DNA of 58,907 nucleotides, counting the filler, from Sluysia triapertura (taxonomy: Eukaryota): assembly GCA_046118255.1 (NCBI GenBank). It is 4 parts of 4 records of this genome, joined end to end, with 100 filler letters (N's around TTAATTAATTAA, not from the genome) between each part and the next. Parts side by side here need not be neighbours in the genome. Positions count along the whole stretch, not along the records: positions 1 to 10,853 come from JBJNIA010192617.1; positions 10,954 to 34,467 come from JBJNIA010202929.1; 2 more parts are not named here. One strand, 5' to 3'. A program made the translations under genes and the position numbers. Positions within the stretch are counted from its first letter, which is position 1. Each line of letters opens with the position of its first letter. The notes under the pieces were generated by a model, which worked only from the letters and a program-made list of their open reading frames with translations, was not told the DNA's origin and made no database searches. Below are positions 1 to 11,309 of the stretch, piece after piece.

Positions 1-526
1 TTAAAAAATAAATCTACTATTAATGGAATTTAAAAACAAAATATGTAACTAAAAAGTTGAGTAATATGAAATCTTAAAATAGTCTTATTAAGCATTAAAT
101 TAATTTTTTTGTTTATTGACAAAATTACTTATTTTACATCGACAAATACTTATTTCCTTTTTTTCACGAATATTTAACTTTGTCCATTCTTTATCTTTTA
201 GGATTGGTTATGCGAAAATTTGTTTTATAAATTACATCCACTTAACTTGTCTCTGATTGTAGATATGGAGTGTATATTTTGATAAAATTAAATCTATATA
301 TCTTTTATACTCAAAGGGACCTAATTAACTAAATATGGCAAATTTATTTTGAAAAGAATGCAATAATGATACAAATATGATTAACAAAATAATGATATAT
401 ATAATAAATTATTTATTACATTTACTTATTGTATTAGGTCAGTTAGGATGAAATTTATAGTTATTAATATTGCTAATTTTAACAGCAATATAAACTCAAA
501 AAAATATTAAAATCTTTTTATTGAAA

Positions 527-748
527 ATGGAATGGTAGGAACTTCGCACTATTTTGAAATATCTGTACCTACGTGGAGCTACGACATCGCATACTGTGCG
601 AAATAGCATATTTGGCTCAAGTATCACTCGCATCAGACAGAATCACTTGGTTCGCCAAGTTTCATATATGTAACTTTGACCACACAAATGAAACGTGTAG
701 TCACCGAGAATCGCCAAAGCTCACCACTGAGTCTAACCCATCTCTGAG
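527..748 (+). mobile_element. mariner transposase N-terminal (HTH) relic, cecropia/Hsmar1-like
   Basis: Translates MEW*ELRTILKYLYLRGATTSHTVRNSIFG...(frameshift)WFAKFHICNFDHTNE, matching the mariner N-terminal pattern IR.I..YEF..G.....T.RNIN..FG...WF.KF..G.F.L.NE. Confidence 0.7.
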
Positions 749-954
749 TTTTGTAATTCTGAATTTCATAACTAATAAACAAAAATAAAACCCTACAACA
801 AACATTTGTCATACACAATTCTATGCATAAAACTCAAGTTATAAAACATTAAAAATTGTAGTTCAAATATAATTATAAACACATTATGTTTGGTATTGTG
901 GTGATTGTTAAAGCTAAATCAAATAAACGTATTCAAAAGACAAATGTGTTGATG

Positions 955-3200
955 GTACGCCAATCATCAAGTGTGATGCGGCTAATTGGAATTTATCTGA
1001 ATCCACGTTATTATTACAAATATATTTCATGTAATTGTTACTTTTAGGAGATCTAGAAGATTATCTTTTGTAGAATCGAATTCATGCCAATAAATAAAAC
1101 TGTACTCCCTTAAAACTGACTTCATTTATCAACGATATAGCAAATGGAATTAGTTACGTTCACAGTCAAATGTTTACGTATATGAAGGACAATTAATTTT
1201 GATTTATTTAACAATGTTTATTTAACACTAAATGTCGATCTAACTTTATCATTTATCATTATTCGTCATATTTTAATTAATGTTTTTTGTAAACTTCTTT
1301 AAAGCTGATTTTCATTTAAGACTTCACATGCTTACTACATGGATCCGTTATCGCGCACATCAAAATGCAAACGCGTATTTAAATGGTAATAAAGACACTT
1401 ATTACTACTGGAAGCAAGAAAATAAATCTCGCATTTTCTAAAGCAGTTAATGCGTTAAAATCTGTCATTATAATCCTTTATTTGTCTTATAAATTGAAGC
1501 GTAAGTCATATTCCATATGATTGTATTTTTGTATTTTGTATTTATTGTCTAAAAAAGGTATTCAGGATGTTTGTCATACTTTATATTGTGTATTGATCAT
1601 GTTAAATATAAATTCATATTGCTAGACATATGCAAACATTTCCTAAACAATATGAAATTATGTGAAGTTAGGAGATTCTCAAGCATTGTCAGTATTCTCT
1701 GAATAATAAAATATTAGATATCTTGTTTGTCAATCTAGTCTAGTATGTACGACGTTGTATTAGTGTTTTGTCTAAACTAGATAATATTAATGAATTTTTT
1801 TTGTTTTTATTTTTAATATAACGTTTTATGTTTAATTTTTAACCTATTAAATTTTGTAAATTTTTTAAACAACAATTGTTAATGAACAATTTTATAAATA
1901 TATATTCATTTTATTATAAGTCAATAAAATTCCCATTTGCTACACTCACTCAATAAATCGCAAGATATTTCAATTACTTCTACAAATTAAACTGATATTT
2001 TAAATATTATTTGTGTTAAATTCAACTATTGCATATATTCTAGCGTTATTAATTTTCATCAGAATCATAATTATTCTTATGGTTTTATAAAGAAAGAATT
2101 GTATTAAGAATACTTTTAAGAATACTGATGCAAAAATAAATTCAGTACACAAAAATAATAAAATATTATAATTAATTAATAAAATATTCTAATTATGAAA
2201 ATATTTTTATAATCCATTAAGGAAATTGATTTTTAATGTAAATATAAATGCATTCATTAAGTATAAACTGAAAATATTTTTAATCCATTAAAATAATTGA
2301 TTTTTAATGGAATTACATGGAGTTAATAAAAGTACATATTTTTAACAAAATGATTATAATGAAGAAAATAATTGATGTAAATATTTTTAATGAATTATTA
2401 GAATAAAACTATTTTAATGGAATTAATATAATAAAACATTATAATTGCCAAAGTAAGTGTATATGAAAGTTGATAAATTCAAGTTAAGGACCATTTAGTT
2501 AACAGAGTCTAACTTCATAAGGCAGATAAACTGACATCGATAAACAAAATTAATTTACAGAATTATTCTACAGCATAACGATAGCATAAGCAATTGTCAA
2601 ATTTTGCACAACCCTTACATTTGGTTCTGCCACAAAAACATTATTCGATATTTATTTTGTATCTAGTATCAAGTACTAAGTTTCTTTGTATTAGGAATCC
2701 TCTCGTTTTTCGCAGGAGATATAAAATCACACTTCAATTCTTTAATAACACTTGGTCCTAGATCAACTACAAAATAATTTATTGAAAAGAAATGAACCCT
2801 CCTAAAGTTATTTAATTGACAAATTGATAATTAATTTATACATATTTAATTGATACTTTAATTGAATGTTTAATAAATAAACTTTTACTAGATATTGGTA
2901 CTCTTTCTATTAATAAACATTCATGTGGTTTGGAATTTATTTTTTGAGAAAGATTAATTAAGGAAATAAAATTGAGAATCTGTTCAAGAAGACAAGAGAT
3001 ATAGAATTAAGAAAAGAGAACCTCATATTATAAAAATTAAAATAATTATAAATTTTTCTGTAGATACGCCTCAATGAGCCGTGCACTACAAACGAACCCA
3101 GTGTATTTTCCTGAGATTATCATTAAGAAACATAACATATTTCATGCAAATGGACAAATCTCCTTCATTCAATGAAACCGATGATAATATAATTTTAACA
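955..3200 (+). pseudogene. decayed tyrosine-kinase domain (receptor Tyr kinase-like), spread over several exon remnants
   Basis: Kinase motifs appear in the expected order, with stops and frameshifts: VMRLIGI (~973), GDLEDYL...SFINDIANGISYVHS (1047-1167), ADFHLR for ADFGLSR (~1304), YR...FKW (~1350-1386), a DV(W)SY-like stretch (~1566), then IRLNEP...SPSFNE for RL..P...RPSF.E (3064-3176). Confidence 0.5.
2190..2425. repeat. degenerate ~70-75 bp tandem repeat
   Basis: AAAATATTTTT(A)TAATCCATTAA...ATTGATTTTTAATG recurs at ~2197 and ~2271, and partially at ~2365-2420. Confidence 0.45.
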
Positions 3201-4807
3201 CGTCGTGCTTTTTTAAACGAACATTTGAGTTATTTGTTTATAACTAAACTTTATACAAGTTATTCGCCGTTAATAAAAGCAATAACTAAATTTGAAAATT
3301 AAATTTAATAAAATAAAGTCTTTAATTAATTCATTTAATTATTTGCGGTTACATTAATTATGTTATTCTTTTGTTAATCGTATTTATATCTTTATCGCAT
3401 TCTTTTCATAATAAATCTTGGTGTATTAACTTAATTAGTTAACTTTCTGAGTAAAAGGATGTATATATTAATTATTGATTAATTATTAAAAATATGAACA
3501 CCTAGACCTCTACAATTAGAAACATGTTAAGAACTAATTATAAAGTAGTTTAAACGAAGTTATTTATAAAAATAATCCCGAAACAAAATAAAAGAATATG
3601 AAAAATTAAACATCCTTAGAAAAAGGGAAAGAAATAAGATTAGATTTATTTTGAGTAAGACAATATGATTAAATATGAATAAATATTTTTTATTTCTACA
3701 AACTCTTAATTTCTTCGTTTTTGGTTAAATTCCAAACTTATTTTTATAAAAATTGGTATTGACAGTATTTCTCAAAAACACTAAAATTAATGATTATTCT
3801 GATTTAACATAATTTACTTTATTTGATATAATTTTAGAAATTATAAAACTTTTTCATACGCCATATTTGAGTTTTATATACTTTAAATGGCGTATGGTTA
3901 AATGGTTTATAAATATGACTATAATAATAAAGGTTGCCCTCCATTAGTTTCACAAATCGCTTGTAATTTGTGTAAATGAAAATAAATAATGCGATATTTT
4001 CTATTGATTTATCAACAGTGACGATCAAAACATATCACTTAAATTATTGTTTTGACATTATAATACCCTAATTTCGTAACTTCAAAATTTCGTTTTGAAA
4101 TAATTGCATTTATAAAAAATACACTTAAATATATGTTATTTATTCAATTGTTTATAAACATCAACATTATCTTTTATCTAGCTTATCATCAATTTATTTT
4201 TGTGTCTTTGGAAAGCAACATTCTTAGTTTGTTCATTAATTTTAATAATTAATTACAGCATATGTTTAGAGTCTTCAGACTTATTTTATTTGTTTAAACG
4301 AATTTTAATAAATGGAATTAAAGTTTGATATCAAATTCATTTACACAAATACAATCAATTTATATATTTTATTTGATTTAGATGTTAAATAATTTTTATA
4401 AAAAAATAATCATAATCATAATCGTAATAGCAATAATAGAAATACAGTAATATCACAATACTTAGCATTTGATTTATTTATTATCACTGACTAACGTAAA
4501 GTTTTATAAAGTTTTACTTGTTGCTTTTATTTTTATAAATATTTCTTAAGAAATTTATTAAAATATTTTATTTAGACAATTCTCTTTATTTATTTATATT
4601 TAATGTAGAAAAATATAAATTTAAAAGTACTTTTGTTAAATAATCATTATTTTAAGGAAAACAATGATTGAATGCAAAGTTTAAAGGCAGAGACATCAAT
4701 AATATAAAAGATAATAAAAACTAAATGGCGCATATATTATTAGACTAACTATTGTTTGATAAAATAACTTTTATAAATTTGTATGAAGTATTATTACTTT
4801 TATTCAG

Positions 4808-4918
4808 GCAATTGTTTTCATTCTTATTTTACTACAAACAATGAATGGTGGCTCATAGATTTTAAAAGAATTGTTCAAATTCAAAGAATTGAACTTATTT
4901 CAAGAGTTGACTGCTGCG
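4808..4918 (+). CDS. isolated exon encoding part of an F-type lectin (fucolectin/FTP) domain
   Basis: ttttattcag acceptor and G|gtaagt donor bound a 111-nt phase 1-1 exon. It encodes GNCFHSYFTTNNEWWLIDFKRIVQIQRIELISRVDCC, matching C.H.....WW.vD......I..i.i..R.DCC. No partner exons were found. Confidence 0.65.
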
Positions 4919-5036
4919 GTAAGTTATATAGTAAAATAAACTTTTCTTCCGAAAACTTAGAACTGTAAAATTAATCAAAAATTTAAATAATTTATTTTAA
5001 AATTTATGTAATTATATTTTGATATTACGAGAAACT

Positions 5037-5969
5037 TGTTAGTTCGTTATTACAGCCCTCTATAATCATCTAAAATGCTTTACAAATTTTTTAAAAACTT
5101 TAACATCACTTAAAAAATATTTATTTTCCAAAAAAGAAATTATTTTTAGAGATAAAAAAATTAGCTTCTAAAAATAGCATAGAAGCTTCTAGAACGTTTT
5201 AGAATATCCTACCATGTCCTCTTGGCTGATGACTGGTATATAAACTAGCATCAGTTTAAGTGTTACCTTTTTGATTCTTTTAGTGTAATTATGAAATTTT
5301 AGTAATCCGTTCAAAATTAAGGGCCTATTCGATACTTAGGCAATATTCACCGAACAACAATTATTCGATGATATCTACAATCGAATTCCATGCATTGTTA
5401 AATTATATATATTGTTAGGATCAATTGCATCTTTCGAAGTTGAAATTATAAAATTGACTTAATTTGATATATCGAGGGTTAATATATATTCATTTAACAT
5501 AGGTATTAGATTAAACACGTTCGGAGCTTTAATCTCTAAAATACTGTCATTTATTATCTTTTGTTATGGTAAACAAATGAACTTTGTATATTTGATCTTT
5601 GTTATATTATGTGAACATTTGTATACTTGATCTTTGTGAACTTTAATTTTACTTTCGAATTGTATATTATGTGAAATTTATATATTATGATATAATTTTT
5701 AATATTTGAATTTTATAACTTGATTATTCTTATTAATTTTATTTTTGGAACATTTGTTTAATGCGATTTATTTAATTTTGGAATATTCGATATTTTGAAT
5801 TTTATTATTTGGAAATAAATCTTATTAAAGTGAGAAATTATATATTGTTAATTAAAAAAATTAAGAAATTAATATTAATTTTTAAACTAACCTAATAAAT
5901 AAATTTTAATATTTCGTTTTAATAAATTAAAATTTAATTTTTTGTTTTAATCTGAAGGTCGGATTAACA
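5037..5969 (+). mobile_element. LTR-like segment (probable solo LTR) related to the 3' LTR at 58395
   Basis: Starts TGTTAG. Bases 5110-5260 align with 58470-58600 (TTTATTTTC..AAAAAGAAA, ATAGAAGCTTCTAGAA, TTGGCTGATGACT.GTA.ATAAACTAGCATCAGTTTAA). Possible TAACA end at 5969; no matching TSD seen, so the end is uncertain. Confidence 0.6.
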
Positions 5970-6979
5970 CACAATTATAAATGAATTCAAATTTTCTAAA
6001 CAATTCACAATTTTTTAACACAATTTTTAACGTAATCTTTAACATAATTTCGTGGTCTACGTTTTCGGAACCAGCTCATGTTTTAAAAACTATTTTAGTG
6101 TTACGTTAGTTTAATTACTGTAAGATCCCATATTAATAATAACATCTACGTAAAATCATACTTAAAATCGTATAAATGTGAAAGCCTTAATAATTATTAA
6201 CTTACGTATTTTCGGTTTTTCAATATATAAATTTTTCGATTCGACAAATTTTGAATATCTCCGAAATCACGAATTATCGACCAGCGAGTAAATTCCGCAA
6301 TAAATTTAAATTAATCTCCAATGATCTGATTCCACAAAAATCTATGTCTTCCAAACGATTAGGTTCCACAAGAATTTAAATTAACTTTCAATGGTTAAAT
6401 TCCACACGAATAAATTCAACTTTCCAAAACAGTTCTCTCGGTTGTTTTTTGATGTGTAAAACTTTCACATAAATAAGTTCTTATATGTACGTTAACTTCG
6501 CTGTGAACCAAATTTTATGTATATTTTATAATTATATTATTATTTTTTGCTGCATTAAATTCTCATTAAAAATCACAAAAAGTTTTTTACATGTCCATAA
6601 ACTAATAAAATATAATTCTTTTGTAAATACAAAATATAAAATTTTTATTAAATTATACAAATTTAAATTTAAATTATTTAAAATTTTTTTTTACAATTTT
6701 ACAAATAAAATTAGAATTAAAATTATTTACAGTTTATAAAAAGTTAAATTTATACAAATTTAAAAATTATTTACAGTCTAAAAATATTTGATTTTATTCT
6801 CTACAGAGCCTTCTAGGGTATCTATGTTCCTTATAGTAAAATTTGACAAAATAAAAATACAGTTCATAAGGGATTGTTCACTTACGAAAATTTCTTTAAT
6901 AAAACTTTAATTCCAGTGAAACAAATAGTTCAAATATGAGTCTATCATCTTACATAATTTAATTAAAATTTTAAAATAA

Positions 6980-7500
6980 TGTTATGTTGTCATCACAACT
7001 TTCTAAAATAATTTAAGATGTTATTTTCCAAAAAAGAAAACTTATTTCTAAAAATAGAAAAAAATTTCTAAAATGTTCTAGAACATTCTAGCATTTTATT
7101 CGCTAGAATTTTATATGTTAACTCGTATATAAATAGTTGCAGCTGAATCACAAATCACAAATAAACAATCATTGTTTTGATATCGTAGATTTTGTTACAA
7201 TTTAAGAAACAATATTTGTTCAATAATATTGGTTTTAATCAATCTCAATTCTATCCGGAGTTGCTGTTAACAATACGACAATATTCAATCGGAATTCATT
7301 CTTATCTTTGTTTTTGCTTCCAATTCTATGAATTTCGTAAGTTGCTTTTGTTAAGACGATATTAACTTTCTGAATAAATATTATAAAATATATGTAAACC
7401 CTATTTTACATATTTTATTCCCAAATTTATTGAGGGCTACAATCGATTTTAAATTATATTATCACATTAAATTAAAGGCCTTAATCGGTCTTAATTTTAA
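6980..7500 (+). mobile_element. second diverged LTR-like fragment of the same family
   Basis: Starts TGTTATGTTGTCATCA (compare TGTTAGGTCTGCCATCA at 58395). Shares TTATTTTCCAAAAAAGAAA, ATGTTCTAGA and TATATAAA. The right end is uncertain. Confidence 0.5.
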
Positions 7501-8299
7501 ATTTTATTTTTATCGCTATATCTAGCATTCTTTACATGTTCATTTTAAATTTTATTGTTCTAATTGTCGGGTTTTTTATTAATACTTAAACTTACCATCA
7601 AGAATAAATGAGTTTTATGCTATGAGTTCGCTTACTATCCTAGACTTACGAGTTACGGCTAGTCCATAAATTTTTTAATCACTGTTATAAATAATTAAAC
7701 AAGCAATGGGAGTCTAATATGTTTGAATCTAAGTCTGTTAGCTTAAATCCTAATCTTAAAACTTATTTTCAAGACTATATTAATCAAATATACGTCAATT
7801 AAATACAATTCTTGGTCAGCACTGAGGCGAGATTAATAGAATTTAAACCTTATAGATTGAATGACTTAGTTTTCACTCAAAGGCGAAATTACATGATAAT
7901 TCGATTTTACTGAGGTTCTACTTAAACAGAACCTATAACAAAAGACGATTTTAAAAACTTGAATAATAATATAAGAACTGCTGTGTTTTTCTGTAAAAAC
8001 TTTACTAGCATTCTTTACTTGAATTCTTTTTTATCTTCGTTTGTAATTACTTCTTTTATCTCCTTTATCTGTTCGATTCTTTCTTCCATTGGTTGATTTA
8101 ATATTTCTCGAATTCTCACTTGGATTGGTTGGATTGTTAATCTATTTTCTTCTTTTTCTCGTTGTTTCCTTCTTTGCTAATCTTCTTGGAATTCTAGATA
8201 CCTGTCGTGCATGTAACTAATAAAACTTATTGTTTATTTTTGAATCTATTTTTGTCTCAATCTAATCCAGTGACATAAAACTCTTTAAGCATCGCATTC

Positions 8300-9456
8300 T
8301 TTTCCTATTCGGTAATTAACTTAAGATATTTGTCATCTTCTTCATCGCTACTAGTTTCTTTTCTTCTTTTCTTATTTCTTTCGTCTTCATACTCATTTCT
8401 GCTATTTCTATGGTCTTTTTGATTTCTATAATTACAATTTATTTGTTCCTATTACTTTTATTATCATCGTTAAATCTTACTTTCCTATTAGGGATTTGAT
8501 ATCTTTGTTGTCTTAGTTTTCTACAATCTCTTGCGTAATGTCCTTTTTTTATTACAGTTGTCACAGATTATCTCTCCATCTATATTAGTTTGAGTCTTAT
8601 TATTGTTTTCATATCTCATTGGACTCTTACTCCTATTCCTATTAAAATTAGAACTAGGTGGGCCTCTTGGTGCTGGTTTTTGCTCTATTATTCTGAAATC
8701 ATCTACTTTATTATTATTTCTTATTATTTGAATTACTCCTATAATTATTCGAAATGCCTCTCCATGGGCTATTAAATCTATTATTATTTCGATTATTGTT
8801 ATAATTACTGTCATGATTTGAGGAATTATTCATGTATCTATCATCAAAATTATCTTCATTTTTTGCAAATTTTGGCCTTTTATCTCTTTTATATTCATCG
8901 TCCTTACATATCTTTATCATCTTTATAAGACTTTTCTATTCTTCTTAATTTTTTAATTATTTCCTTAAAAGGTTTACCTTCCATTAATGTAACATATGTC
9001 CATAATTCCGGACAAAGATAAGTTTTTAATTTGTCTAATAATGTAGATTCCTTTTTATATTCAGGGACTTTTGCCCTGGAAACAAAAATTTTGAGAGCGC
9101 AAGCAAATTCATATATAGTTTCATTTGATTTTTGTTGCCTTACATTTAAATTAAATTTAGAATTAAAGATTTTGCCATATCATTGAGGGCTATCTCCTCG
9201 TAAAAGCCTTTGTTTGTCATTGTTACTTATTTCCTTAAAGGTTTGAATTGCTACTCCAGTTAGATAATTTTGTATTCGCTGAATTTTTTCAATTTCGTCC
9301 CAGCCGTTTGCTTCGACAATACATTCATATTCAAAAAAAATCACAGAGGTCTTATTGTGCTCCATCAAATTTTCTTATTTCAGGTAAAGTTAATATTGGA
9401 CGTATATCTTTTGCTAAATGAGCTATATATTCTCGAAAATCGTTAGGTAATGTCAT
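8300..9456 (-). pseudogene. gag: retrotransposon gag (capsid + CCHC nucleocapsid), disrupted
   Basis: MTLPNDFREYIAHLAKDIRPILTLPEIRKFDGAQ*DLCDF..EYECIVEANGWDEIEKIQRIQNYLTGVAIQTF is Ty3/gypsy capsid-like. Zinc knuckle CDNCNKKGHYARDC (with a 1-nt insertion) at ~8523-8565. Clearly homologous to the gag at 52476. Confidence 0.8.
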
Positions 9457-9707
9457 ATAATTTCTTAATTTTGCTTAGAATCGTCGTGTAATACTATTTG
9501 TTTATCTATTTTTACTCAAAACTCACTAGTAGCTAACTAATAATTAATAACTTATAACTAAATTATAGCAATTTGCTCAAATATAATTTATTCTTAAACT
9601 TATAGCTTGGGGTAAAACTTTGAAATTTTATAATTCTTATTTGCTGATCCTCAAATTGTTCTTAAAGTTTAAAAATGTGAAATTTATTATTAATTCTTAT
9701 AAGCTGG

Positions 9708-9725
9708 TCCTCACTCTGTGCACCA
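9708..9725 (-). promoter_or_regulatory. candidate primer-binding site (elongator tRNA-Met-like)
   Basis: TGGTGCACAGAGTGAGGA lies 7 nt after a CA on the minus strand and upstream of gag. It resembles the complement of the metazoan elongator tRNA-Met 3' end (TGGTGCCCCG(T/A)GTGAGG). Confidence 0.5.
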
Positions 9726-10853
9726 GTTTAAGTGTTGCATAAAACTTAACTAGTTGCTTACTAATAAAAATATCAGTGTGAGTTCACCAACGTGTCTCGT
9801 CTTACCAGTTAGGGCAACCGTTGGTAATTTATAACTACTGAGGTTTAACTTACTTTTAAATCAGCTTTTAATTACTTAGAATTTTTTTTCTAATAATCAA
9901 TGTTTAAACCTTCAGCTTAGGTTGAGTTTAGTCTGATTTATTAACTGAAAATTTTAAATAAAATGCACTTTTACTGTGGTTCTTAGAAAAGAGAACCTAT
10001 TTATATTCAATATTTTACTTTGGTTTCTTGATTAAATAGAACAAGAATCTTTAGAGAATTTTAATAATTTTTTAAAATTGATTTTGCTATAATTATTTTA
10101 CTTGGGTTCTGTACTAAATAGAACCGATAATATTCTATTAAAAGTTTATTCTGATTCCTTATTAAATGGAATCAGTGAAAGGAGTAATTTACTTCGGTTC
10201 CTCAATTAAATAGAACCGTATAAATCTTTTTTAATATTTAACAAAATTTAAACTCTTAAAAACTATGACACAATTCACTAAATAAACTTTATTAATTAAA
10301 TGATAAATTAGGTTAATGCAAGCACAAATTAAAAAACGTATAAAATACATAATAATGATTTTATCGGATTTTCTTTATATGAGAAAATCTTATACAGTGT
10401 AGAAATTAGAAATTCAAATTTTAATTCAGCTATCGCTTAAAAGATAGCAAATCTGTTACACAAATAATTTAAGTAGATTTTACTTAGCAAGCCTTTTAAG
10501 TACTTTCTTAAAAGCTTATAAAAAAGAAACTAACGATATTTTAACCAAAATTGTAGGTTAGAAAAATTTTTCCAAAAAACACTGAAATTAATAATTAACC
10601 TGTTCTCCTGCCTGCCAATTAAAAATTTCGTAGAAGCTTTTTTAGAAGTTCATGCATATAAACTCTAGTTATTACATTTTCATTCATTATATTTTTTCTT
10701 TTTGATACATTCTCCTCATCTGAATCAATATCCTTTTGTTAACTAATACCATTTCGTGTAGACATGTTTATCTAGTGAAAAATAATGTATTAATTTCAAA
10801 ATTCTAAAACTATCAACAATTAAAATATAAAATCTTTATAAAATTTTATTTTA

Positions 10854-10953
10854 NNNNNNNNNNNNNNNNNNNNNNNNNNNNNNNNNNNNNNNNNNNNTTA
10901 ATTAATTAANNNNNNNNNNNNNNNNNNNNNNNNNNNNNNNNNNNNNNNNNNNN
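10854..10953. other. assembly gap with TTAATTAATTAA linker
   Basis: N44-TTAATTAATTAA-N44; artificial. Confidence 0.98.
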
Positions 10954-11309
10954 AGTAACTCACAAAACAAGTGCTGTGCCATGGATAACAAATGAAATTA
11001 TGCATGTATAACGTCATTCATTAGATAACTATTAGCTCAGAAGTATTCGATAAGGAGAAAGTAGTTGCAGGATTTTGCATAACTTCAGTGTTTTTTATGC
11101 ATAAATTAATTCCCAAATTAGTTGAAATTATGTCAATTTATAGATGTAAATTAAAAATATTGCATGATAAATTTTTGCTTATTTAAATTTATAATCTACT
11201 TACACATTTTATTTTGCAAAATATGTAGATCCAATATATCATGCATTAGAATATTAAAGTACAAATGAAAGAACGTCATTGAAAGAAACGATCATTTGTA
11301 ATTACTTAC

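Larger units (their letters stand above)
7565..10300 (-). mobile_element. degenerate gypsy-like LTR retroelement (gag only), minus strand
   Basis: LTR-like segment from ~9733 to ~10300, PBS-like 18-mer at 9708-9725, and gag starting at ATG 9456. A homologous LTR-end segment lies at 7565-7940; its reverse complement (CTCATTTATT...GTAAGTTTAAGTATTAATAAAAAACCCGACA) matches the LTR end at 50948-50997. Confidence 0.7.

Noticed and set aside
6485-6739. F/I/K/N-rich ORF (also 17618-17812 and 44958-45266)
   Set aside because: Composition-driven ORFs in very AT-rich DNA.
9970-10220. Repeat-spacer look reminiscent of a CRISPR array
   Set aside because: Eukaryotic context, degenerate units, irregular spacing and no cas genes; treated as an LTR hairpin array.
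10898-10909. TTAATTAATTAA palindrome present three times inside N runs
   Set aside because: Artificial scaffold linker with stops in all six frames; not biological.
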